In this document: in pieces, positions 22,398-35,886 of the stretch
Layout of the letters: each line of letters begins with the position of its first letter
Numbering within the stretch: the first letter of the stretch is position 1
NCBI RefSeq assembly: GCF_000143415.4
Contig: NW_003314298.1
Location: forward strand, 1,333,250 to 1,397,249
Source of the DNA: Selaginella moellendorffii
Taxonomy: Eukaryota; Plantae; Lycopodiophyta
Direction: 5' to 3'
DNA: 64,000 bases
Notes under the pieces: model-generated
The model's input: only the letters and a program-made list of their open reading frames with translations
Told to the model about the DNA's origin: nothing
Database searches by the model: none
Made by a program: the position numbers and the translations under genes

Positions 22398-25300
22398 GCG
22401 TAAAAGGTAAAGGTGTACATTACGAGTTAATGTTCCAATAATTTGCTTTGTTTTATTTTGTTTAGACACCAAACAGTCCATCTAAAATAAAAGAGTTTAT
22501 AATAAGCATGTGCATTGTTTTATACATTTTTTTTCTTTTGATTGTTTAGGAATTAATCAGTGGATATACATAGAATATATTTGAATATTTGAATATATTT
22601 TATTATTCATCACCATATACTAATATTGGGATTTTGATATCTATTCAAATTGGTGAGTATCAAAATCCCAATATTAGTATATGGCATAACTAGACCTCAA
22701 GTAATGACCACTTGCTCTTGTATATAAATTACAATTTTTGGATTAACATTTATGTATTCCAATTTTGTATTTCATGCACCCACCACAGTTAATACTCATT
22801 TAAAATTTCTAAATAAAATACATTCTAACATCTAATGATTTGTGATATTTATATAATTTATAAAATTTGTGAGTAAGTTAGTCACTTTTCTTATTATGGT
22901 TTCTCCAGCATTAGTCTTTCAGATGGAGAGGTGATGTCCCAATGTAATCTCTTGTACTGATATCATTGTTCATATGAACAAAGTGAGAAATAATCTATAG
23001 TTGATAGGAAACAAGAGGTTAAGAAAATGGAAGAATACCACAGATAAATGAATTAAGTATACCTTGAAACTCTGACTTTTAGATTCAATAGCAACGTTTG
23101 GTGGTAGCACCATCATTTAGTCAGGTCAATCATCAAGGAAACACATTGGTGTGATGAAAATTGTGTCATATTTTTTCTTTTGGCCATAATTTTTGAGTTT
23201 AGATCCATGATAATATAGATCACTAACATGATAATCCGACTGGCTCCAGAATCCAAACCAAGGTTATAAATTGTCCTTGTTTTTTTTAGCAAGATTTAAT
23301 ATAATTGAGATGGCAAAGGAAAAGAGTTTATTGATAACTAATTAATGTCAAGGATAATGCCCTATGAGTGCTTTGTGAAGGATTTCACAACAAACATGTA
23401 TTGTCTCTACTTGTTAGCAACTGTTTATAATTGTAATATATTTTAACTTGACTATGAACTCTTATTAAATTAAAGGGAATTAACATTTTCATTTCCACAT
23501 TGAATCTATCAATGTTTCTATTGTATATATTAATTATTTCATATGAGGCAACTAATTATTCATCTATATGGCAGTCTTATAGTAGATTCTTTTATCAATG
23601 GATGCTTTACAAGACAAAAAACATATTTATAAATACTTAATACTTGTGTCATTTGCCCTAATGCCATGATCTCTCTCCCTTTTACCCAATTGAAAAATGG
23701 GAAATTATTTTATAAGAAAACCTTTAATGGACACTTTATCTCTATTTTCCCTCTAAAATTTTAACAATCCATAGTGACAGTATATGTAAATATCATACCA
23801 TAATTATATAATTATTGTTCCAACTTTGTGAGTTTGTGAGAATATTTTGATATTTTGAATATCCTTTATGTAGATCTAAGACTTTTTTGAGCTATTAACA
23901 TATCATACCATATAGCACCTATATATCATTCCACTCACAAAACTTCTTCATCTCTCTTATTTTTCAAAATCACTATTGTTTATTGTCATGCCCACTACAA
24001 ACTCAATATAAGTTATATTTTGAAATGTTGCTCGACTTAGATCCTTTGTCTTGATCGTCTAATGCAAATATAGAAAAAATAAAAAATAAATTGTATATAC
24101 AAGGAATTATAAGAAAAAACAGTTGATATGGATTTCATTATAGGTAATTTCCATGTATAATAGTTCTATACATGTTTATAATGTCAAAATTAGTATCTTA
24201 TATTTAATAAACCTTATTTGGAGGGGCTAATGTTTTAAAGATAGCTTTTTTATCTATTGTGATAATATGCTGAAAACATGAAAGTTCTACTTCACTTTAT
24301 TTTTCTTTGAAAATGAAAAACTAGAATTGAAAAAAAGAGCCAATATTGAAAAAAAATAAATCCCACATGAAATTTATACTTTATTTATTTTAATCTAGAA
24401 AAATAGCTAAATAACACTTGTTTAAAGAAGTTTTTTTCAGTGTTGAAATTAAAGTGACTTTTAGCAAGAATTCAAAGAACTCTTTGCTGATTTATATGAT
24501 TTTTAATAAAATGTTACTGGGTGATAATCATCAAGCTAAAGTCAAATAATTTATCAAAATAATGGATCATAATTTTTTTTAATTATTTAAACATTAAAAT
24601 CAGAGTCATTGCATATAATAGCTCTCCAAATTATATTAAATTTAGATCATCTAAATTGTAACATAAAACCACTAAAAAAACTAAAATAAACAAAGTTTTA
24701 ACTTCTGTCTAGGTATAATCCGGCCGAATAGAATATTCGCAGTCCGTGGAGTATATAAATGCAAGACCTGCGGCGTTAGGGCTTTTCTTTGGGGGCCTCT
24801 GGCGGTTGAGCTCGGGAGGATTGCTTGCCTGTGTGCCCGCTTCTTCCTTCTAACGATTTCTCTCGCTTGTGGCGTAGATGGAGCTGGATCTGGATGGCGC
24901 CCATGGTGAGTGATCGCATCTCTCCTTTGCTTGCTTGATTGTTTTGCTGTGGAGCTTGGTTTTGCTTGCTTGGGTGCTTTCTTTCTCCTCTTTGCCGCAA
25001 GAAGGCGAAGAGCTCGACTAGATTTCCCACGCCTCCAGCAGCCCACCGGACAAAGTCCGGCCCGACCTGGGGACATCCTGGCTCGGGCGTTTTCCTTTGG
25101 AGGCGGCGCCTCCAAATGGGACTCGTGGGTAATTTGCAAGAGGGGGCTGCCGCGCTGGTGGAGGTACTCGGCGAGCGCCTCTACCAGGCTACCGTGGCGG
25201 CCTCCACAAATGTCCAAAAATCTAAAGAAGCATGCTCTTTTGTTGTTCTTACAAGGTCTCTCTTCTCCAAGTCCAAGAAAACGGATCTCTACTCCACGAT

Positions 25301-25795
25301 GAATTCAAGCCAAATGCCTTGAAGGCTTGTGCCGCTCTGGCAGCTTTCTCTCGAGGATGGATTGCTTGGATCGGGCCAACGGCAGTGTATTGGACCAAAC
25401 CTCTTCGTCTCGTAGAAATGTCCCAAGTGTGAGAACTCCGAGGTTGTGTTTGATACTGGTCCATAGTGACGTGGAATTCTTTGATAGTGGTGATGGGGAG
25501 CGGCTCTCGAGGCTTTGTGAGAACTTTCACCGCCGCTTGCACGCACCGGTGATTTGAGAAGATGAAACTGAAATCGAGGGGGTCTCAGCATGAAAACTTA
25601 ATAATTTATTAAATAATTAGGTTTAATAATACTAATTGAAAACGTCGTATGTTAAAGAATAATGTTTTTCTCAAACCCTAGCTATGCGCTAGACGACACG
25701 CTGGAATGCAGAAAGAACTCAACTATGCCTAGTAGCGTTCCTCAGCAAGATGGCGCAGGTATACAAGCTCATAATCTTCAGTGTGTCAGACTCGT

Positions 25796-25895
25796 AGGAC
25801 TATCTCCCGGAGCCATCCTCGGAGAGCTTCTACGATGAGGTCCGTGAGCTGAGGGAGCGAGCCGAGAGCTTGCCCAACGACTACTTCTTCTGCCT
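25796..25895 (+). pseudogene. SAD: 100-bp SAD exon-2 fragment joined to the next module P
   Basis: [32 protein letters not shown], then switches at CCT into module P sequence. Confidence 0.85.
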
Positions 25896-26402
25896 TTGGA
25901 GGCGGCGCCTCGGGTAATTTGCAAGAGGGGGCTGCCGCGCTGGTGGAGGTACTCGGCGAGTGCCTCTACTGGGCTACCGTGGCGGCCTCCACAAATTCCT
26001 TAATTCTAAAGAAGCATGCTCTTTTCTTGTTCTTACAAGGTCTCTCTTCTCTAAGTCCTGGATTGCTGGATCGGGGGCTTCCTAAGCCTGGTTGTCACCG
26101 AGGCGTTTCCCCGGTCTACAAACCTCCGCATGTAATCGATTGTAGCGGTGTCAAACCTCTTCGTCTTGTAGAACTCCAAGGTTGTGTTTGATACTGGTCC
26201 ATAAATTCTTTGATAGTGGTGGTCGGGAGCGGCTCTCGAGATCTTCTCCTGCACAGAGGCTTTGTGAGAACTTTCACACGCACTGGCGATTTGAGAAAAT
26301 GGAAGTGAGAACGAGGGGACTTTATTAATAAAATCCTTTAAACATGTCATAAACGGTTTGAAAAACACTTGATGCTAATCCTGATTAGGGCTGCGGGAAG
26401 AA

Positions 26403-26878
26403 ATGGACAGAGTGCTGGATCTAGACGACATGCTGATTTGCAGAAAGAACTCGACTATCGTCAAGAGGCCCGGTCTAGAAGAGTTCCTCAGCAAGATGGC
26501 GTAGGTATACAAGCTCATAATCTTCAGCACGTCAGACTCAAAGCATGTTAACGAGTGTGTGGCTCTGATCAGCAAGGTATACAGCATTAAGGATTGCACT
26601 AGATGCCGACAGGGATTTGTCAAGGATGTGTCACGCTAGTCTGGGTGGATGATGTTCGCCTCAATTTCAGGCCGTGCCTGCACAATGGCATTGGTGATAG
26701 GGAGCTTGAGAAATTGACACCTCTTTTTCTCAAGCTGTCCAAGGTGGAGGATGTGACGCAGTTCCTGTGGAATGGCCAGCCAAAGGTGTCGGAAGCACAA
26801 GAGCAGTCTGCTAAGAATCTTGGCAAGGCCAAGGCCAAGAACAAAGGTTCGAATTTGTTCACAACTTGTGTGCCCTAA
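26403..26878 (+). pseudogene. Degenerate NIF/FCP1-like phosphatase, copy 1
   Basis: MDRVLDLDDML..., LVWVDD..NFRPCLHNGIG..ELEKLTPLFLKLSKVEDV; frameshifts. Confidence 0.8.
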
Positions 26879-26883
26879 AAAAG

Positions 26884-27415
26884 ATGGCGGAAGGAGGCAA
26901 ACCCGTTTTGGTGCTAGACCTAAACGAGACGCTGGTAGAGCACAATTGTGAACAGACCTGGGCTGGAGGCGTTCTTGAGCAGGATGGCAATGGCCTACTC
27001 CGTTGCCATCTTCAGTGTCTCGGATTCCAGGCACCTGGATCAATCGGTGGCAGGGTTTGGGGCGAGTGCAAAGCTTATAACCGACGTTTATGGCATTGAG
27101 GATTGCACCAGGACGAGGACCGGTTTCATCAAGGATGTGCGCAAGGTAAAGGTCAGGCATGAGTTGAAGCGGCTAGTGTGGGTGGACAATGAAAGGTTCC
27201 ACTTCAGGCTGTGCCCACACAATGGCATCGAGATCAAACCATTCAGAGGAGAAGCAGATGATGAAGAGCTTGAGAGATTGACACCACTTTTGCTCAAGCT
27301 TTCTCAAGTGGACGATGTCACGCAGTTCCTGTGGAATGGCCAGCCAAAGGAAGAAGCACAAGAGCAATTTACTGGGAAGAATCCTGGCAAGCCCAACGCC
27401 AAAAAGAAAAGATAG
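26884..27415 (+). pseudogene. NIF/FCP1-homology (CTD small phosphatase / TIM50-like) gene with one frameshift
   Basis: LVLDLNETLV, frameshift at ~26947, then RPGLEAFL..M...Y.V.IFS, FIKD, WVDN, PHNGIEIKPF.G..DD.EL..L.PLL..L; intronless. Confidence 0.88.
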
Positions 27416-27457
27416 GACAAAGCTTTGCACTTTGATATAGTTTAAGCAAGTTTAACA

Positions 27458-29246
27458 ATGGCTGCCATCGCCAAGCGATTGCGATGACTGCCGCAGCTGA
27501 GTATCGATCGCTTTGTTTTCTTTTCTTCTTTCATGAAAGGTTGAATTTTTTTTTCTCTCTTTGCATGCACAGGGAGAGCGTCGCGAAGAAAGACAGCAGC
27601 AAGACTTCGCAGATCATGCACTGGCTCTCTCCCGAGAAGATCGAGATGTATAAGTCGCTCGAGAGCTGGGCGGAGGAATCCATCCTTCCATTCCTCCGGC
27701 CGGTGGAGAAATGCTGGCAGCCCCAGGACTATCTCCCGGAGCCATCCTCGGAGAGCTTCTATGACGAGGTTCGTGAGCTGAGGGAGCGAGCCGAGAGCTT
27801 GCGCTTCTGCCTCGTCGGGGACATGACCACCGAGGAAGCGCTGCCAACTTACTTGACGATGCTCAACACTCTCGATGGCACCCGCGACGAGACCGGTGCG
27901 AGCCCGAGTCCATGGGCGGTGTGGGGGCGTGCCTGGACTGTCGAGGAGAATCGCCATGGTGATTTGCTCAACAAGTATCTCTACCGCACTGGACGAGTCG
28001 ACATGAAGCAAATCGAGAAGACGATCCAGTACTTGATCGGTTCTGGAATGGTAAAGAGCCAGAGTTTCTTCTTTCTCGGGAACTCAAAAGTTCGGGTTTT
28101 CCATCCTTGCAGGGCCGAGAACAATCCATACCTCGGGTTCATCTACACGTCCTTCCAGGAGCAAGCGACCGCCATCTCTCACGGCAACACTGCTCGCCAC
28201 GCCAAGGAGCACGGAGACCACAACCTCGCGACTGTTTGCGGCCTCATCGCAGCCGACGAGAAGCGGCACGAGAATGCTTACACCAGGATCGTGGGGAAGC
28301 TGTTTGAGATCGATCCGGAGGGCACAATGCTGGGGCTGGAGGACATGATGAGGAAGAAGATCTCCATGCCGGCTCATCTCATGGGGAGAAATGCATAATA
28401 CAGCACCCTCCTCTCTTTGGTTGCCCCTTTGCCATGCTCACTCCTCACTTCCTCCCCTCTCTTCACTCCTCACTTCCCCCGTGGCGCGTTTAGTCACGCC
28501 CACCTTAAATGTTTAACGACTAACTCTAAATTAGTAACGTTAAACTTTAATTAGTAGATGTTGTTAACGGATATGTTAATGACTATAATTTTATAATTAG
28601 ATAGCTAATGAACGGCTGTAATTTATAAGTATATAACCTATGATTGGTTTAGGTTTTTCCTCCTTATGATTTTCTTCCACAAGAGAGAAAATATGAAAGA
28701 TGCCATCGACTAATGAGATGTCAATCTGATAATCAAGGTTGTAAAGATGGTTTAAAGTTCTCACATTTGCTCAAATGCTTATGAGCTCATTATACATCAT
28801 TATCAAATGTACTCATTATATAGTCAACCACTCCCAGAATTTTGTTGATCACATGACTGATCCATGTAAGCAATGAGGTGGCATACAAATCCAAATAAGC
28901 AAATAGAGCCCACCCTAAATAAAGGGGGGTTGCTGTATTGTGCATACTACCCATCTCATGTACAATGGTTATGACAAGAACCTGTTTGAGCACTTCTCTT
29001 TGGTGGCACAGAGGACAGGGGTGTACACTGCCAAGGATTACGCAGGAATTCTAGAGCACTTGGTCAAGAGATGGAACGTCAAGTCCATCACTGGATTGTC
29101 TACTCGTGCGCAAAAAGGCCCAGGATTTCGTGTGTGGTCTCCCTCCTTGGATCTTGAGACTGGAGGAGCGAGCTCAGAGCAGGGTGAAGAAGGGCCCCAA
29201 GACTAGAACGTTTAGCTGGATTTTCAATACGGAAGTCGTTCTCTAG
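27458..29246 (+). pseudogene. SAD: Stearoyl-ACP desaturase pseudogene split by a MITE
   Basis: Most complete catalytic domain (EENRH, DEKRH); exon-1 deletion; insertion at 28384-28952; frameshift near 29116. Confidence 0.93.
28384..28952. mobile_element. 569-bp MITE (Mutator-like or hAT-type)
   Basis: Exact TSD ATCTCATG (28376-28383 and 28953-28960); imperfect TIRs GGGAGAAATGCATAATACAGCA versus reverse complement GGGTAGTATGCACAATACAGCA; no ORF. Confidence 0.88.
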
Positions 29247-32200
29247 GTGTAAAAGGTATAAGGTGTACATTACGAGTTAATGTTCTAATAATTTGCTTTG
29301 TTTTATTTTGTTTAGACACAAATAAAATAAAAGAAGTTTATAAAAAGCATGTGCATTGTTTTATACATTCTTGTCTTTTGATTGTTTCAGTGGATATACA
29401 TAGAATATATTTGTATCAAATTGGTGAGTATCAAAATCCCAATATTAGTATATGGCATAACTAGACCTCAAGTGATGATCACTTGCTCCTATATATAAAT
29501 TAAGACTTTTGGATTAACATTTCTGTATTCCAATTTTGTATTTCATGCACTCACCACAGTTAATATTCATTTAAATTTTCTGAATAAAATACATTCTAAC
29601 TTATTCTACCATCTAATGGTTTGTGATATTTATATAATTTATAAAATTTGTGAGTAAGTTAGTCACTTTTCTTATTATGGTTTCTCCAGCATTAGTCTTT
29701 CAGAATAGTGGAGGGGTGATGTCCCAATGTAATCTCTTGTACTGATATCATTGTTCATATGAACAAAGCGAGAAATAATCTATAATTGATAGGAAAGAAG
29801 AGGTTAAGAAAATGGAAGAATACCACAGATAAATGAGTTAAGTATACCTTGAAACTCTTTTACTTATTATTGAGATTCAATAGCAACATTTGGTGGTAAC
29901 ACCATAACTTAGCCAGGTCAATGATCAAGGAAACACATTGGTAAGTTTGATGAGTGTGATGAAAATTGTGTCATATTTTTTCTTTTGGCCATAATTTTTG
30001 AGTTTAGATCCATGATAATATAGATCACTAGCATGATAATCAAAATGGCTCAAGAATCCAAACCAAAGTTATAGTTTGTCCTTGTTTTTTTAGCAAGATT
30101 TAATTTGATTGAGATGGCAAAGAAAAAGAGTTTATTGATCACAAATTAATGTCAACAATAATGCCTTATAAGTGGTTTGTGAAGGATTTCACAACAAAAA
30201 TGTATTGTTTCTACTTGTTAGCAACTGTTTATAATTGTAATATATTTTAACTCTCTCTCTCTCTCTCCTTAATCCAAGGGGAAAAGTGATAGTATATTTA
30301 AATTTCATCCCATGATACATTTTAAAATACTAATCAACAACTTTTATTAAGCCTAAGAACCTTTTGTATTTTTATATAAGGAACCAGTCTTCCTTAGAGA
30401 TATTGATATCTTCATTGACTTGGAAATGAAAATGTTAGTTCCTTTTAGTTTAATAAGATTTCTTAGTCAATGAACCCTTTAGCTCAATAAGGGTTATTAT
30501 GGATGCTTTACAAGGAAAAAAATGTATTTATGAATACTTAATGCTTGTGTCATTTGCCTGAATACCATATAATGCATTTGATTTCTCTCCCTTTAACCCA
30601 ATTGTAAAAGGGGCAATTATTTTATAAGAAATTTTTTAATGAATATTTTATTTCTATTTTCCCTCTATGGTTTTAACAATCCATAGTGATAGTATATGTA
30701 AATATCATGCCATAATTATATACAACTTTGTGAGTTTGTGAAAATATTTTGATATTTTAAATATTCTTTATGGAGATCTAAGATTTTGTTAAGCTATTAA
30801 CATATCATACCACATAGTACCTCTATATCATTCCACTCACAAAACTTTTTCATCCCTCTTATTTTTCAAAATTGCTATTGTTTCTTGTCATACCCACTAC
30901 AAACTCAATATAAGTTGTACTTTGAAATATTGCTCATGGCTTAGATTCTTAGTCTTGATCAGGAAATATAGAAAAAATAAAACTTCTATTCTCTATACAA
31001 GGAATTATAAGAAAAACCAGTTGATATGGATTGCATTATAAGTGATTTCCATGTATAATAATTCTATACATGTATAAAATGTCAAATTAGTATCTTATAT
31101 TTAATAAACCTTATCTGGAGGGGCTAATGTTTTAAAGATAGCTTTTCTATCTATTGTGATAATATGCTGAAAAAAGAAAATTCTACTTCACTTTATTTTT
31201 GTTTTAAAATGAAAACTAGAATTGAGAAAATGAGCCAATATTAAAATAAAATTAAGTCCACATGAAATTTATGCTTTATTTATTTTAAATTAGAAAATAG
31301 CTAAATAACACTTGTTTAAAGAAGTTTTTTTCAGTGTTGAAATTAAAGTGACCTCGAGCTAGCTTCATAAAGATGATTTAGGTCTAGTCATAAATAATTG
31401 ATTGACCTTTATTTGTCTTAGCCACTTTTACCAAGAATTCAAAGAACTCTTTGCTGATTTATATGATTATTAATAAAATGTTACTGGCAGATAATCATCT
31501 AGTTAAAGTCAAATAATTTATCAAAATAATGGCTCATATAATTTTTTAACTATTTAAACATAAAAATCTCATAAATTAAGAGTCATTGCATATAATAGCC
31601 CTTCAAATTATATTAAATTTAGATCATCTAAATTGTAACACAAAACCAGTAAAAATAGTATACACAAAAATATATCATTAAAAAATCATTAAAAAGTATA
31701 TCTCTAATTATGCGAGCACAAATTATTCTCGTTTTTAACTGCTGTCTAGGTATATTCTAATCCGGCCGAATGAAATATTCGCAGTCCGTGGAGTATATAA
31801 ATGCAAGACCTGCGGCGATAGGGCTTTTCTTTGGGGGCCTCTGGCGGTTGAGCTCGGGAGGATTGCTTGCCTGTGTGCCCGCTTCTTCCTTCTAACGATT
31901 TCTCTCGCTTGTGTCGTAGATGGAGCTGGATCTGGATGGCGCCCATGGTGAGTGATCGCATCTCTCCTTTGCTTGCTTGATTGTTTTGCTGTGGAGCTTG
32001 GTTTTTCTTGCTTGGGTGCTTTCTTTCTCCTCTTTGCCGCAAGAAGGCGAAGAGCTCGACTAGATTTCCCACGCGTCCATGGCCCGACCTGGGGACATCC
32101 TGGCTCGGGCGTTTTCCTTTGGAGGCGGCGCCTCCAAATGGGACTCGTGGGTAATTTGCAAGAGGAGGCTGCCGCGCTGGTGGAGGTACTCGGCGAGCGC

Positions 32201-32828
32201 CTCTACCAGGCTACCGTGGCGGCCTCCACAAATGTCCAAAAATCTAAAGAAGCCTGCTCTTTTGTTGTTCTTACAAGGTCTCTCTTCTCCAAGTCCAAGA
32301 AAATGGATCTCTACTCCACGATGAAGTGCTGGGGATTCAAGCCAAATGCCTTGAAGGCTTGTGCCGCTCTGGCAGCTCTCTCTCGAGGATGGATTGCTTG
32401 GATCGGGCCAACGGCAGTGTATTGGACCAAACCTCTTCGTCTCGTAGAAATGTCCCAAGTGTGAGAACTCCGAGGTTGTGTTTGATACTGGTCCATAGTG
32501 ACGTGGAATTCTTTGACAGTGGTGATGGGGAGCGGCTCTCGAGGCTTTGTGAGAACTTTCACCGCCGCTTGCACGCGAGAAGATGAAACTGAAATCGAGG
32601 GGGTCTCAGCATGAAAACTTAATAATTTATTAAATAATTAGGTTTAATAATACTAATTGAAAACCTCGTATATTAAAGAATAATGTTTTTCTCAAACCCT
32701 AGCTATGCGCTGGTGCTGGATCTAGACGACACGCTGGAATGCAGAAAGAACTCAACTATGCCTAGTAGCGTTCCTCAGCAAGATGGCGCAGGTATACAAG
32801 CTCATAATCTTCAGTGTGTCAGACTCGT

Positions 32829-33759
32829 AGGACTGTCTCCCGGAGCTATCCTCGGAGAGCTTCTACGATGAGGTCCGTGAGCTGAGGGAGCGAGCCGAGA
32901 GCTTGCCCAACGACTACTTCTTCTGCCTCGTCGGGAACATGATCACCGAGGAAGCGCTGCCAACTTACTTGACGATGCTCAACACTCTCGATGGCACCCG
33001 CGACGAGATCAGTGCGAGCCCAAGTCCATGGGCACTGTAGTGGCGTGCCTGGACTGCCGAGGAGAATTGCCATGGTGATTTGCTCAACAAGTATCTCTAC
33101 CTCACTGGACGAGTCGACTTGAAGCAAATCGAGAAGACGATCCAGTACTTATCGGTCCTGGAATGGTAAAGAGCCAGAGTTTCTTCTTTCTCGGGAACTC
33201 AAAAGTTCGGTTTCCATCCTTGCAGGATCCCCAGACCGAGAACAATCCATATCTCGGGTTCATCTACACCTTCTTCCAGGAGCGAGCCACCGCCATCTCT
33301 CACGGCAACACTGCTCGCCACACGACTGTTTGCGGCCTCATCGCATTCGATGAGAAGCGGCATGAGAATGCTTACACCAGGATCATGGAGAAGCTGTTTG
33401 AGATCGATTCGGAGGGCGCAATGCTGGGGCTGGAGGACATGATGAGGAAGAAGATCTCCATGCCGGCTCATCTCATGTACGACGGCCAGGACAAGAACCT
33501 GTTTGAGCACTTCTCTTTGGTGGCACAGAGGATGGGGGTATACATTGCCAAGGATTACGCAGGAATTCTGGAGCACTTGGTCAAGAGATGGAACGTCGAG
33601 TCCATCACTGGATTGTCTGCTCGCGCGCAAAAGGCCCAGAATTTCGTGTGTGGTCTCCCTCAGATCTTGAGACTGGAGGAGCGAGCGCAGAGCAGGGTGA
33701 AGAAGGGCCCCAACACTGGAACGTTTAGCTGGATTTTCAATAGGGAAGTCGTTCTCTAG
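32829..33759 (+). pseudogene. SAD: SAD pseudogene, duplicate of 7832-8762
   Basis: Same NIF fusion, same TAG, same deletions. Confidence 0.95.
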
Positions 33760-35886
33760 GCGTAAAAGGTAAAAGGTGTACATTACGAGTTAATGTTCCA
33801 ATAATTTGCTTTGTTTTATTTTGTTTAGACACCAAACAGTCCAACTAAAATAAAAGAGTTTATAAGAAACATGTGCATTGTTTTATACATTTTCTTCTTT
33901 TGATTGTTTAGGAATTAACTAGTGGATGAATATGGTTTATTATTCAGCGGTGTGAGGTCTAGTTATGCCATAAACTAATATTGGGATTTTGATATCTAAT
34001 CAAATTGGTGAGTATCAAAATCCTAATATTAGTATATGGCATAACTAGACCTCAAGTAATGACCACTTGCTCCTGTATATAAATTACAATTTTTGTATTA
34101 ACATTTCTGTATTCCAAATTTGTATTTCATGCACTCACCACAGTTAATATTCATTTAAATGTAATCAAATTGGCGAGTATCACAATCCCAATATTAGTAT
34201 ATGGCATAACTAGACCTCAAGTGATGACCACTTGCTCCTATATATAAATTAAGACTTTTGGATTAACATTTCTGTATTCCAATTTTGTATTTCATGCACT
34301 CACCACAGTTAATATTCATTTAAAGTTTCTGAATAAAATACATTCTAACTTATTCTACCATCTAATGGTTTGTGATATTTATATAATTTATAAAATTTGT
34401 GAGTAAGCTAGTCACTTTTCTTATTATGATTTCTCCAGCATTAGTCTTTCAGAATAGTGGAGGGGTGATGTCCTAATGTAATCTCTTGTACTGATATCAT
34501 TTTTTATATGAACAAAGTGAGAAATAATCTATAATTGATAGGAAAGAAGAGGTTAAGCAAATGGAAGAATACCACAGATAAATGAGTTAAGTATACCTTG
34601 AAACTCTTTTACTTATTATTGAGATTCAATAGCAACATTTGGTGGTAACACCATCACTTAGCCAGGTCAATCATCAAGGAAACACATTGATAAGTGTGAT
34701 GAGTGTGTTGAAAATTATGTCTTTTATTGAAACTTTTATTAAGCCTAAAAGAACTAACACCTTCTTTACAAATGTTCTTCATTGAGTTGGAAATGAAAAT
34801 GTTAATTCCCTTTAGTTTAATAAGAGTTCTTAGTCAATGAAGCCTTTAGTTCAATAAGGGTTATTATGGATGCTTTACAAGACAAAATGCATATTTATGA
34901 ATACTTAATACTTGTGTTATTGTAGTGCACTTTATTTCTCTTTATCCCTCAAGGTTCCAAGAATTCACGGTGACAATACTGAATCTATCAATCCATTTCC
35001 GCATTGAATTTACCAATCCTTCTATTGTGTAGATTAGCTATTCTTGTTTAGGAGGCTCAAGACAAACGATGTATGTATGGATGCCTAATACATACGATTT
35101 CAAATTTTAGAGGTAGTAATATACCTTGCTCAAGGGTATATTATATTTTAAGTAGCCATTAATCAATAGGAATTGAACCTGTGCCATTTTCTCTGATACC
35201 ACATGTAGTGCACCTTATCTCTCTCCTCTTAAGCCAACTGGAAAAATGGCAATTACTTAATGAGAGAGTCCTTAGTAGCCATTTTATCCCCATTTATTCT
35301 CCAAAGTTCTAAGGATCCATGGTGATAATATATTCAAATTTCATCCCATGATCACATGTGCTATAGTCATTTACCCATGTATTTGATCTCTCTCCCTTTA
35401 ACCCAATTGAAAAAGGAATAATTATTTTTTTAATAAAAAAGTCTTTAATAGATATCTTATCTCTATTTTTCCTCTAAGGTTTTAACAATCCATAGTGATA
35501 GTATATGTAAATATCATGCCATAATTATATCAACTTTGTGAGTTTGTGAAAATATTTTGATATTTTAAATATTCTTTATGGAGATCTAAGACTTTGTTAA
35601 GATATTAACATATCATACCACATAGTACCTCTATATCATTCCACTCACAAAAATTCTTCATCCCTCTTATTTTTCAAAATTGCTCTTGTTTTTTGTCATA
35701 CCCACTACAAACTCAGTATAAGTTGTATTTTGAAATATTACTCATGACTTAGATCCTTAGTCTTGATCACCTCCTGGAAATATAGGAAAATACAAAATCT
35801 ATTATCTATACAAGGAATTATAAAAAAAAATAGTTGATATGGATTGCATTATATGTAATTTCCATTTATAATAATTGAAAACATGC

